Position numbers and translations under genes: made by a program. A stretch of 64,000 nucleotides of DNA from Oligoflexia bacterium (GTDB lineage Bacteria; Bdellovibrionota; UBA1018), in NCBI GenBank assembly GCA_014378465.1, contig JACMNQ010000057.1:134103-198102 (forward strand), in the 5' to 3' direction. Below, piece by piece: positions 37,862-47,205 of this stretch. Each line of letters begins with the position of its first letter. Position 1 is the stretch's first letter. Below the pieces are notes generated by a model. That model saw only the letters and a list, made by a program, of their open reading frames with translations. It was not told where the DNA came from and did not search any database.

Positions 37862-39262
37862 ATGAATCCTCCATCCACCTCTCCCTCTCAAAATTTCACA
37901 TCCAATGCCGAGAAGTCGCAAGGCTTCGTTGAACAGCGGAGTGATGAATTAAGGCAGCGGTGGCAGTCTGACCCGAGGTGGACTGGCATCAAGAGAACCT
38001 ATTCACCGCACGATGTCTTCAAACTCCGCCCCTCCCTTCTGATTGAACACACGCTGGCGCAGGCCGGCGCCAGACGACTCTGGAATCTTCTCAGAGACGA
38101 ACCGTTTCTGCCCACTTTCGGAGCGCTGAGCGGAACTCAGGCCGTGCAGATGGTCAAGGCTGGACTCAAGGCCATCTACATGAGTGGCTGGCAGGTCGCC
38201 GCCGACGCAAATCTTTCGAGTCACACTTATCCTGACCAGAGCCTCTATCCTTCCAACAGCGTCCCGACTCTGGTGAAGCGTGTGAACAACGCACTGATGC
38301 GGGCGGATCAGATTGATGCCGTCGAAGGCAACCGGGATACCTATTGGTATGCCCCCATCATTGCGGATGCCGAAGCGGGCTTTGGAGGAGCCTTGCATGC
38401 TTTTGAGCTCATGAAATCCATGATCGAGGCGGGAGCTGCCGCCGTTCACTTCGAGGATCAGCTCGCCGCTGAAAAAAAATGCGGCCACCTCGGTGGGAAG
38501 GTTCTGGTCCCCACTTCGCAGTTCATCCGCACGCTCACTTCGGCCCGACTCGCCGCCGACGTGCTCGATGTGCCCACCTTAATCATCGCGCGAACGGACG
38601 CTCTCGGAGCGTCGCTCCTGACATCTGACATCGATCCAATCGACCGGGAGTTTCTGACGGGCGAAAGAACTCCGGAAGGCTATTACCGGATCAGGGCCGG
38701 AATGGAAATCACGATCGCGCGCGCCCTCGCCTATGCCCCGCATGCAGACTTGCTCTGGTTTGAGACTTCTTCTCCCGATCTGGAAGAAGCACGACGATTC
38801 GCAAAGGCGATCCATGCAAAATTTCCAGGCAAAATGCTGGCTTACAATTGCTCACCTTCCTTCAACTGGAAGAAACACCTCGACGAAGAGACCATCGCTC
38901 ACTTTCAGACGGAACTGGCCGAGCTCGGCTTCAAGTTTCAGTTCGTCACGCTCGCGGGCTGGCATCTGCTCAACCTGCACTCCTTCAATCTCGCGGATGC
39001 ATTCCGCGAAGAAGGCATGACCGCGTACGTGAGGCTGCAGGAAGAAGAATTTTCATTGGAGAAGCGAGGTTATACGGCGACTCGACATCAGCGCGAAGTG
39101 GGCACCGGATACTTTGACCAGGTTCTCATGACCATCACTGAAGGCACGGCTTCGACCTGTGCACTGCAAGGGTCAACGGAACAGGATCAGTTCAAGGGAC
39201 TCGTTCAGGACAGAAAGCCTGCTGAAAAATCCAGAGCGACGGTCCGCGACCAGAGCGCATGA
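37862..39262 (+). CDS. aceA: Isocitrate lyase
   Basis: [34 protein letters not shown] and [10 protein letters not shown]; AGGAG RBS before ATG 37862. Confidence 0.97.
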   Translation: MNPPSTSPSQNFTSNAEKSQGFVEQRSDELRQRWQSDPRWTGIKRTYSPHDVFKLRPSLLIEHTLAQAGARRLWNLLRDEPFLPTFGALSGTQAVQMVKAGLKAIYMSGWQVAADANLSSHTYPDQSLYPSNSVPTLVKRVNNALMRADQIDAVEGNRDTYWYAPIIADAEAGFGGALHAFELMKSMIEAGAAAVHFEDQLAAEKKCGHLGGKVLVPTSQFIRTLTSARLAADVLDVPTLIIARTDALGASLLTSDIDPIDREFLTGERTPEGYYRIRAGMEITIARALAYAPHADLLWFETSSPDLEEARRFAKAIHAKFPGKMLAYNCSPSFNWKKHLDEETIAHFQTELAELGFKFQFVTLAGWHLLNLHSFNLADAFREEGMTAYVRLQEEEFSLEKRGYTATRHQREVGTGYFDQVLMTITEGTASTCALQGSTEQDQFKGLVQDRKPAEKSRATVRDQSA

Positions 39263-39620
39263 GGCCTTCGAAAAAGAAAACTCTCGCGCCCGGATGGGAT
39301 TTCGACTGTGCCGTGATAGGCGGGGGCCCGGGCGGTCTCGTATCGGCACTCTCCCTGAAGCGATTTCGCAGAAAAGTGATTCTCCTCAATTCGGGCAAAC
39401 CCAGGGCGGCGTGGATTCCAAAAGCCCACAATCTCATGGGCTTTCCGGGTGGAATTTCCGGAAAATTCGAGGTCTGCGCAGATCTATGGATGGGTTCATC
39501 ATCACTTCCTCGGAGAAGCGCACTTCGGTAAATGGGCTGTTCGCAGTAGGCGGTTGCGTCAATAAGATCGGTCAGATCGCGATTGCCGCGGGACAGGCAG
39601 CCCTGGCGGCAATCACCCTG
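39259..39620 (+). pseudogene. Thioredoxin-reductase-like FAD oxidoreductase remnant
   Basis: N-terminal DCAVIGGGPGGL..A...N.MGFP.GISG joined out of frame to C-terminal TSVNGLFAVG...QIAIAAGQAALAA; the middle is deleted. Confidence 0.75.
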
Positions 39621-40321
39621 AGTCCATTCGGCAAAAGCGATTTCGACCACGATCGTCGCTCTTCACCCAGTGAACCCCTTTTCCCTCGAGCGGAACGCCG
39701 CCGTCAAAGGGGTTCGCTATCTGCTTGATTCGAACCAGTCTCGTGCGCATCATTGCAAGAGTGTGCACTTCAAAGCCGGTTCCCACTTTCCCGCAGTGGA
39801 TGAATTTTCCCTTTTCGTGATAGCCCAGTAGAACGGCGCCAATTCCGGAACGCGATCCCTGAGGGTCAGTGAATCCCCCGATCACGAATTCCTGGCGAAG
39901 CAGGCACTTGAGTTTGATCCAGCTGCCAGAGCGACCCGGAAGGCAGGAGTTGGAGCTCTTCTTGGCGACGACCCCCCTCACCCTCCAGAATGGCAGGGTA
40001 CTTGAGCGACTTCTTCAGAGCTCGCAAGATTTCAGGAGATTGAGGGTGCTGAGGTTTGTTGTTGCGACTGAGCAACGTCACTTTTTCGCCGTCATAAATG
40101 CACACGACCCGTAGGCCGTCCAGTTTCTATTCGAAAATCCAGTTCTCGTCGTCGAACGGAGTATCGCTCAAAGTGCAGAGCATGAGCTCCAGTCTTGGAT
40201 CGAATTTTTTGGGAAACGGCTTCAGACTCAATCGTTCGTCGAGGATGTCCTGAGCTGAAAGGCCCTGAGGTCCGGCACGGCCGCTCGGAGGACGATTTCG
40301 ACGCGAAGCAACTGGCATCAC
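39613..40321 (-). pseudogene. ligD: LigD-type ATP-dependent DNA ligase remnant
   Basis: WIFE*KLDGLR (stop inside motif I), LLSRN, WIKLK...QEFVIGGFT.P.GSR and GKVGTGF; frameshift and internal deletion. Confidence 0.85.
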
Positions 40322-40438
40322 CGTGAAGATGCACGCGCTTTGCCAAACGACCTGATGGAAAATGGGATATAAGCCAATATAACGCTAAGAGTTAAAATGG
40401 CTCTTGTAGGTCTTGTGGAAAACAGATACACACGCCAA

Positions 40439-42331
40439 GTGCAAAACTTCAATGAACTCGATTTAAGCCCCGCCCTTTCCAAAGCAATTTCGGAACTGGG
40501 TTACGAAAAACCTACGCCGATTCAGGCTCAAGCCCTTCCCCTCCTCCTCGGGGATCCCACTGATTTCATGGGACTTGCGGCCACCGGAACCGGCAAGACC
40601 GCTGCCTTCGCCATCCCGCTTCTGGAGCGGATCGATACCGCCAACAAATGCATTCAAGCCATCGTCCTCTGCCCGACGCGCGAACTCGCGCTTCAGGTCT
40701 CCGGCCAGATCAGCCAGCTTGGCAAACACAAGGGTATCAAAGCCCTCCCGATCTACGGCGGCGATAAATTCATGGACCAGGTTCATGACCTGAAACGCGG
40801 CACTTACGTGATCGTTGCGACTCCAGGCCGCCTCCTCGATCATCTGACCCGCAAAAACATTGACCTCGCCGGCGTTCAGACCGTCGTGCTCGATGAAGCC
40901 GACGAAATGATCTCGATGGGTTTCAAGGATGATCTCGAAGCGATTCTTGAGCATACCGATGAAGAACTCCGCAACATCTGGTTGTTCTCGGCCACGATGA
41001 GCAGCGATATCCGCAAGGTCGCCGACTCCTACATGAAGGATTACAAAACTGCCCAGGTCAATCGCACGGAAATGCTTTCCGGCACGATCGAGCAGATCTA
41101 CTACAAGACCCACGAGGGCAACAAACCTGAAGTCCTCTGCAAGCTCATGGATGCGGCTGAAGACTTCTACGGTCTGATCTTCTGTCAGACGAAATCACTG
41201 GTGTCTGACCTGACTGATCTCCTCAAGGAACGCGGTTACATGGTCGACAGTCTTCACGGTGACAAGGATCAGAATCAGCGTGAACGCACGATGAAATCCT
41301 TTCGCGAGAAGAAAGTCACCGTTCTCGTCTGTACCGACGTGGCAGCACGCGGAATCGACGTGAAGGAACTCACTCACGTGATCAACTACTCCCTTCCCCG
41401 CGAACTCGACTCCTACGTTCACCGTATCGGTCGTACCGGCCGCAGCGGATCCAAAGGTCTCGCCCTCAGTCTTGTGACTCCAAGTCACTTCGCTCTGGTC
41501 GGACGCATCGAGAAACTCACCAAGAGTCGCATGACCCTGGGTGTGATCCCGACCCGCAAGGAAATCGCGATCAAACGTGCCAATCAGTATCTCACGAAAT
41601 TCACGGGTACCGAAACCCACAAACGCGCTTCCGAGCTCTTCAGCCCTGAATGGACCGCAGCACTCGAAGGCATGTCTGGCGAAGAAGTCGCTCTGCGCTT
41701 CATCACCCTGCAGTTTGACGACATTCTCACCGACCGTGAGCCAGCCGAAGAAAAAGGCATGGCGGATTCCCGCGGCGGAGATTCGCGGGGCGCCGGCGGC
41801 GGACGTGACTCTCGTTACTCCGGTGGCAGCGGATACCAGGGCGGCGGCGGCTATCAAGGTCGCGGCGCACGAAACGTTGATCGCGGCGAAGGCGGCGGTT
41901 ACCAGGGTGGACGAAGCTCGGGCGGATACGGCGGCGGCGGTGGTTACCAGGGTGGCGGTTATCAGGGCGGCGCAGGCGGCGGAGAGCGAAAGAGTTTTCG
42001 CGATCACAAGCGTGCCGAAGGCTTCGGTGCGAAACCGTCCGGATTCGCCAAGCCCCGCACTTCGGATGATGCTCCTGCCTTTGGGGTGATTCAGGCTTCT
42101 GGTAACGGCGGCTCTTCATATACTTCACATGCGAAACCAGCGGGCGGCGGCGCCTTTGGTGGCGGACATGCTTCGAAACCAGGCGGCAAAGCCGGCGGTT
42201 TCAGTGGCAAAAAAGGCAGCGAAAAGACTTTCGGCCCGAAGAGTGCGGGGACCACGGGTTCAGCCGGTCCTTCAGGCTTCAGCAAGAAGTCTGACAAGCC
42301 TTATGTCAGCAAGCACGGCTCAAAAAGATAA
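40439..42331 (+). CDS. DEAD-box RNA helicase with a Gly/Tyr/Arg-rich disordered C-tail
   Basis: Q motif PTPIQ, ATGTGKT, PTRELA, DEAD, SAT and HRIGRTGR; start is GTG 40439 or ATG 40397. Confidence 0.95.
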   Translation: MQNFNELDLSPALSKAISELGYEKPTPIQAQALPLLLGDPTDFMGLAATGTGKTAAFAIPLLERIDTANKCIQAIVLCPTRELALQVSGQISQLGKHKGIKALPIYGGDKFMDQVHDLKRGTYVIVATPGRLLDHLTRKNIDLAGVQTVVLDEADEMISMGFKDDLEAILEHTDEELRNIWLFSATMSSDIRKVADSYMKDYKTAQVNRTEMLSGTIEQIYYKTHEGNKPEVLCKLMDAAEDFYGLIFCQTKSLVSDLTDLLKERGYMVDSLHGDKDQNQRERTMKSFREKKVTVLVCTDVAARGIDVKELTHVINYSLPRELDSYVHRIGRTGRSGSKGLALSLVTPSHFALVGRIEKLTKSRMTLGVIPTRKEIAIKRANQYLTKFTGTETHKRASELFSPEWTAALEGMSGEEVALRFITLQFDDILTDREPAEEKGMADSRGGDSRGAGGGRDSRYSGGSGYQGGGGYQGRGARNVDRGEGGGYQGGRSSGGYGGGGGYQGGGYQGGAGGGERKSFRDHKRAEGFGAKPSGFAKPRTSDDAPAFGVIQASGNGGSSYTSHAKPAGGGAFGGGHASKPGGKAGGFSGKKGSEKTFGPKSAGTTGSAGPSGFSKKSDKPYVSKHGSKR

Positions 42332-42340
42332 TCTGGTCTT

Positions 42341-43558
42341 GTGACTGATCCAGTGAGTGATTCCCAATCGTTTGACGTGATCATCCTCGGCGCCGGTGGC
42401 GCCGGGATGATGTGCGCCATCGAAGCGGCAAAACGCGGACGCAGAGTCGCGGTCCTGGATCACTCGACGAAGATCGGTCGCAAGATCCTCATCTCGGGCG
42501 GAGGGCGCTGCAATTTCACCAACGTGAATGCGAACCCCACCGCTTATTATTCCAACAATCCCCATTTCTGCAAATCGGCCCTCTCGCGCTTCACACCCGA
42601 CAGATTCATCGCGATGGTCGAAGGCTTTCAGATCCCCTTTCACGAAAAGAAGCTCGGCCAGCTTTTCTGCGACGGGTCCGCACAGAACATCGTTGATCTG
42701 CTGGTAAGCGGCTGCACTGAAGCCGGTGTCGAATTCGTTCTCGATACGCAGATTCATTCCGTCAGGAAACCTGAAGGTTCCGTGACTTTCGCGGTCGACA
42801 CTTCACGCGGAGTCTACGCAGCGGACTCGGTCGTCATCGCGACCGGTGGACTTTCCATTCCAAAGGTCGGGGCCACCGGATTCGGTTACGAACTCGCGCG
42901 TCGCTTCGGCATCGCGCTCGTACCCACGGTTCCAGCGCTGGACGGCTTCGTGTTCGCTGAAAAGGAAGCCGCGGACCTCAAGGAAATGGCGGGAGTCTCG
43001 GCCGACACGATCGTCACATGCAATGACGTTTCCTTCCGGGAAAATATCCTCTTCACGCACGCCGGTCTGAGTGGCCCGGCCATTCTCCAGGCTTCGCTCT
43101 ACTGGAATCCCGGCAACACGGTCACGATCAACCTCCTGCCCGAAACGCCGCTCCTGCCCTGGCTTCTAGAAAAGAAGAAGCAGGCTGCACGCACTGAGCT
43201 GAAAAATCTGATCAGTGAGCTCCTCCCACGAAGAATCACGGAACGATTCATCGAACTTCATCTAGACTCCGCTCTGCTGCAAATCCCGCTTACGCAAATG
43301 CCTGAAAAGCCGCTTGAAGAATTTTGCGCAAAAATTCACGCGTGGACTTTCGTGCCAAAAAGTACTGTTGGTTATTCAAAAGCCGAAGTCACTCGCGGTG
43401 GAGTCAATACGGATGAACTTTCCAGCAAGACCATGGAATCCAAAAAAGTTCCGGGGCTCTATTTCATCGGTGAAGTGGTAGACGTGACCGGCCGCCTGGG
43501 CGGGTACAATTATCAGTGGGCCTGGGCTTCAGGATGGGCATCCGGGCAGTACGTCTAG
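42341..43558 (+). CDS. HI0933/YhiN (BaiN)-family flavoprotein
   Basis: GAGGAG, GRKILISGGGRCNFTN, ATGGLSIP, LFTH.GLSGP, VT.GGV and GGYNYQWAW motifs. Confidence 0.93.
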   Translation: MTDPVSDSQSFDVIILGAGGAGMMCAIEAAKRGRRVAVLDHSTKIGRKILISGGGRCNFTNVNANPTAYYSNNPHFCKSALSRFTPDRFIAMVEGFQIPFHEKKLGQLFCDGSAQNIVDLLVSGCTEAGVEFVLDTQIHSVRKPEGSVTFAVDTSRGVYAADSVVIATGGLSIPKVGATGFGYELARRFGIALVPTVPALDGFVFAEKEAADLKEMAGVSADTIVTCNDVSFRENILFTHAGLSGPAILQASLYWNPGNTVTINLLPETPLLPWLLEKKKQAARTELKNLISELLPRRITERFIELHLDSALLQIPLTQMPEKPLEEFCAKIHAWTFVPKSTVGYSKAEVTRGGVNTDELSSKTMESKKVPGLYFIGEVVDVTGRLGGYNYQWAWASGWASGQYV

Positions 43559-43578
43559 GGTCCCTGCCACCCCAATCA

Positions 43579-43841
43579 TGTGGAGGACTTGGCAAATCAG
43601 ATTCGCTTCACTCCTGCAGTCATGAGGCTGGACGCCAAATGAGCAGCAGTGAGGCGCAGCGCTGTTTTAAAAAACCGAGGATTTGCGTCGGGGAACGAAC
43701 GGGATACATTGCCAGAAGGATACGGGCGTCATTGATGAAATTCTTCCAGCTTTCAAGGACATCCGACAGTTCATGGCGAATCAGAGCGATCTGGTTGAAA
43801 CGGTGGCTGGACTGAAAGAGCTGATCCGCGTCAAAGGCAGA
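43579..43841 (+). pseudogene. rtcB: C-terminal remnant of the RNA ligase RtcB
   Basis: GLG..DS..SCSHEAGRQMS, frameshift, then C.KD.GVIDEI..AFKDI...MANQSDLVE....LKE...VKG, matching the RtcB C-terminus. Confidence 0.8.
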
Positions 43842-43908
43842 CGTTTGCCTCGTGAAAAAGAGCTTTGCGCTCTTGACTGTTCTTACATAAATCGACAATA
43901 ATAAAGAG

Positions 43909-44051
43909 GTTCTCGACCCTATATGGGTTTGAAAGGAGGTGGTGAGATGACAAATGCTTATTGTAGTCTCACGGCGGAGGGCTTGATTTCTTAAGACCCT
44001 GCCGCCGTGGTCTGTTTTCGGGGGAGAAGGAGAAATCCTTCTCCCCTTTTT
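43909..44051 (+). ncRNA. Candidate small RNA or small-ORF transcript
   Basis: TTGACT-N18-AATAAT promoter (43873-43902), SD AAAGGAGGTG, 15-codon ORF 43947-43994, long hairpin and terminator. Confidence 0.5.
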
Positions 44052-45104
44052 CGTTTTCACGAACTGAAACCTGAGGCACTCATTTCAACTTTCCTGTTCC
44101 TGAATCCTTGTGTGAGAGATCTCTACTGGGCCCTGAAAGGACCCGGCCTTCTTTCTTCAACTCACTCGCCCTTTGTGAATCGAGTGGTTGCTGATCTGGA
44201 GATCGAAGCACAGCTTGCGCTCCAACTGGGCAGCCTCACGCAACTCGACGTGGCTCCGGGTCCACTCGAAACGCATCTGCTCGAGCAGACCGCGACGACT
44301 CAGCGCCTCGGTCGCTATTTCGAAGCCCTGCTCAGCTACTGGATCCAGAAAGTTCTGAAACCGCATGTTTTTTCATCTAATCTGATCATTTCCGGAATTC
44401 CAGGCGAGGGCATGCGCAAAACCACGCTGGGTGAGCTGGACGTCGTGAGCCAGCGCGAACCCGGAATGACCGGAGAGCACTGGGAAGCTGCAGTCAAATT
44501 CTACCTCTTTGCCGGCAGCACGCCTGCTGAAGCGCTTGCTCCGGAATTCTACGTCGGCACGATGGTTCGGGATCGGCTTGACCTCAAGATCGACAAGCTC
44601 TTCAATCATCAGCTTCGGATCACGGACCGACCGGAGACGCAAGATACCCTGCGGAAGCTCGGAATCAACTTGGTTCGCAGTCGAGCGCTCGTCAAGGGAA
44701 TACTCTTCTATCCGCTCGGTGAAAATTGGCAGATACATCCCACGCCTGTTGAAGTGTCTCCCCGACATCAACGCGGCTGGTGGTTGCCCAGTGATCAGAC
44801 ACAGGAACTTGAAGTGCACTGCCGAGCGGACAGCCGTTACCTGATTCTGCGCAAAGTTCGCTGGCTTTCACCAGGAAGAGCCCCGATACCCGCTCAAAAT
44901 CCTGACTCCGGCCCCATGACTCTCCCGGAACTGCGTCAGTTTCTTGACCGCCATTTTGGAGAGAGCGGCCATCCCCTGATGATTTCCGAACTGAATCTCC
45001 GACTTTCCGGTGAGCAGGAAATCTCCCGAGGCCTGTTTGTGGACCCGGGCTGGCTCGGTCGCGCTCAGACGGTCCTCCATGGACTCCGTCAAGATTCTTG
45101 CTGA
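44007..45104 (+). CDS. DUF1853 family protein (true start probably downstream of 44051)
   Basis: VRDL.W, RLGRYFE.L, TLGELD, HWE.AVKFYL and DRL..K...L..HQL motifs. Confidence 0.85.
   Translation: MVCFRGRRRNPSPLFRFHELKPEALISTFLFLNPCVRDLYWALKGPGLLSSTHSPFVNRVVADLEIEAQLALQLGSLTQLDVAPGPLETHLLEQTATTQRLGRYFEALLSYWIQKVLKPHVFSSNLIISGIPGEGMRKTTLGELDVVSQREPGMTGEHWEAAVKFYLFAGSTPAEALAPEFYVGTMVRDRLDLKIDKLFNHQLRITDRPETQDTLRKLGINLVRSRALVKGILFYPLGENWQIHPTPVEVSPRHQRGWWLPSDQTQELEVHCRADSRYLILRKVRWLSPGRAPIPAQNPDSGPMTLPELRQFLDRHFGESGHPLMISELNLRLSGEQEISRGLFVDPGWLGRAQTVLHGLRQDSC
44021..44051 (+). terminator. Intrinsic terminator
   Basis: GGGGAGAAGGA-GAAA-TCCTTCTCCCC followed by TTTTT. Confidence 0.85.
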
Positions 45105-45156
45105 GTCCCCCACAAACCCGGTTCATTTTTAAACAGGAACTCTATACAATTTTTGA

Positions 45157-45633
45157 ATGAACGTGAATCTTCCCCAAGCCCTGTTTCATTACATCCGTGA
45201 ATTTGAATCCGCCCAGTGTCAGGTCACTCGTCGAGGCAATGAGATCACCATTCGCCCGCCCTGCTGGGATATGGCTTTCTTTCCGATGGGACAGATGGGG
45301 ATGAGCGAGCAGCTTCACACGCTTTTTGGGGACGACATCACGATCGCCTTTGATGAAAATGACAAAGTCAGCGTCCGCTTTCAGTACTGGAAGCCTTTCC
45401 GGATCTTCCTGCACGTGGCGGCGACTCTCCTGTTCGGAATGGGACTGTTTCTCGGCCAGGGCGAACAAGGCATCACTCCTTCGATTCTGGGAATCCTCGC
45501 CGCGAACCTGAGCGTCGCACTCATCACGGGCCTTTCCCTTTATCCATGTCTTAAAGCCTTCTCCAGCGCGCAGAAGAAAGCGGGAGCCAAGGAAATCGTC
45601 CGGAAGAACTGGTTTGAAAAATCAGGAACCTGA
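45157..45633 (+). CDS. Hypothetical membrane protein (2 C-terminal TM)
   Basis: 158-aa ORF preceded by TACAAT-N6-ATG. Confidence 0.6.
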   Translation: MNVNLPQALFHYIREFESAQCQVTRRGNEITIRPPCWDMAFFPMGQMGMSEQLHTLFGDDITIAFDENDKVSVRFQYWKPFRIFLHVAATLLFGMGLFLGQGEQGITPSILGILAANLSVALITGLSLYPCLKAFSSAQKKAGAKEIVRKNWFEKSGT

Positions 45634-45891
45634 GACCTTGTACCCTTTCACGATCGTCCCGTTGGTCAGAGTCACGTAGAATTCCTCGATCAGCTTTCGC
45701 TTGACCGCGAGCTTGATGATGTCCGAGTCAAAGCCGTGCTCGGCCAGATCCTTGAGCGTGGGAAGTTCCCCATTCTGCCCGCGGAAAGTCGAAACGAATT
45801 TCTCCAGGCGGCGCTGGGTGAAGAGATCCAGCTGCCTGCTCATGGGCGCCTGCCTGTCGCTCTTCGAATTGCCGGAATTGTCGTCTGCCAT
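45622..45891 (-). CDS. Small hypothetical protein, possibly winged-helix
   Basis: G.LPTLKDL helix pattern and a C-terminal beta hairpin; TACGCT-N6-ATG. Confidence 0.6.
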   Translation of the reverse strand: MADDNSGNSKSDRQAPMSRQLDLFTQRRLEKFVSTFRGQNGELPTLKDLAEHGFDSDIIKLAVKRKLIEEFYVTLTNGTIVKGYKVSGS

Positions 45892-45924
45892 GAGATGAGC
45901 GTACAACATTCTGCAGTCGTTTGC

Positions 45925-45940
45925 AGGAACATCCATTGCA
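45925..45940 (+). promoter_or_regulatory. Putative sigma54 promoter (SDR gene)
   Basis: AGGAACATCCATTGCA with GG-N10-GC spacing. Confidence 0.55.
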
Positions 45941-45986
45941 GGCTGTATGGAAACTCAACTTTTCATCCATTTCAATCGAGGTACTT

Positions 45987-47090
45987 ATGCGCATTCAACT
46001 CAAGAAAATCAAGGATCAGGTCATCGTCATCACGGGAGCCTCAAGCGGCATCGGCCTGTGCACGGCGCAAAGAGCCGCAGCAAAGGGAGCCTGTGTCGTC
46101 CTTGCCTCCAGAAACGAGGCGGACCTGAAACGCATCACCCAGCAGATCAAGGAGACCGGCGGGCGAGCAACTTACGTCGTGGCCGATGTGGCTGTGCTCG
46201 AAGATGTTGAAAGAATCGGAGACGCGGCGATCGACGAGTTCGGACGCATCGACACCTGGGTCAACAATGCGGGAGTCTCCATCTACGGCAGACTGACGGA
46301 AGTCAAAATGTCCGACAAACGTCGACTCTTCGATGTGAACTTCTGGGGCACCGTCAACGGCTGCAAAGTCGCGGTTCCTCATCTGAAAGCGACCGGCGGA
46401 GCCATCATCAACATCGGCAGTGTCCTCTCTGAGAGAGTGATTCCGCTTCAGGGCATTTACTGCGCATCCAAACACGCCGTGAAAGCCTACACTGACGGCC
46501 TTCGCATGGAACTGGAGGCGGCAGGTTTTCCGATCGCAGTCACTCTCGTCAAACCTGCCGCAATCGACACGCCGTATCCCGAGCATGCGAAAAACTACAT
46601 GGAAGGTCAGCCCACGCACACTCCTCCCGTTTACCATCCTGAGGTCGTCGCTCGAGCGATCCTGAACAGTGCGGTACATCGCCAGCGCAGTATCTTCGCA
46701 GGAGGAAGTGGCGTGCTCTTTTCTTTCATGGAAAAGTTCATGCCCCGCACCACTGACTTGATGATGGAACGAAACATGATGGAAAGCGGCCAGTCCAGGG
46801 ACAGCATGGCCTATGGTGAAGACATTCTCGTCAACCCTGGAAAGAATGAAGGAAAAATTCGAGGCAGGTATGAAGGTCATGTCATGAGATCGAGCCTTTA
46901 CACCAAGGTGGCGTCCGATCCGAAGAACTTCGCGGTCCTTTTGGGAGCCGTCGCAGTCGTCGGCACACTCTGGCTGACACGCAGATCCTGGATGGATGGA
47001 GTCATCGAAGGCTACAACGACTTGAGGCAGAACCGACTCGAAAACGTGATTGATTTTGATCGAAACCGCAAAACTCAGGAAGTCGCCTGA
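45987..47090 (+). CDS. SDR-family oxidoreductase with a C-terminal membrane anchor
   Basis: TGASSGIG, NNAG and YCASK motifs; GAGG RBS. Confidence 0.93.
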   Translation: MRIQLKKIKDQVIVITGASSGIGLCTAQRAAAKGACVVLASRNEADLKRITQQIKETGGRATYVVADVAVLEDVERIGDAAIDEFGRIDTWVNNAGVSIYGRLTEVKMSDKRRLFDVNFWGTVNGCKVAVPHLKATGGAIINIGSVLSERVIPLQGIYCASKHAVKAYTDGLRMELEAAGFPIAVTLVKPAAIDTPYPEHAKNYMEGQPTHTPPVYHPEVVARAILNSAVHRQRSIFAGGSGVLFSFMEKFMPRTTDLMMERNMMESGQSRDSMAYGEDILVNPGKNEGKIRGRYEGHVMRSSLYTKVASDPKNFAVLLGAVAVVGTLWLTRRSWMDGVIEGYNDLRQNRLENVIDFDRNRKTQEVA

Positions 47091-47144
47091 TCGTATCTTC
47101 GCATTTCCAACAGTGGAAACTGCGTCTTGCCCTGGCACACACGC

Positions 47145-47181
47145 GAAAAAGCCCGACTCATCCTTGAGTTCGGGCTTTTTC
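47145..47181. terminator. Bidirectional intrinsic terminator
   Basis: AAAAAGCCCGA-CTCA...TGAG-TTCGGGCTTTTT between convergent genes. Confidence 0.8.
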
Positions 47182-47205
47182 CTTTTCAAACTCAGCTTCA
47201 ATGCT

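Noticed and set aside
41760-41980. GGC-rich repeats as a CRISPR array or VNTR
   Set aside because: In-frame Gly/Tyr codons of the helicase tail; no constant repeat-spacer period and no cas genes
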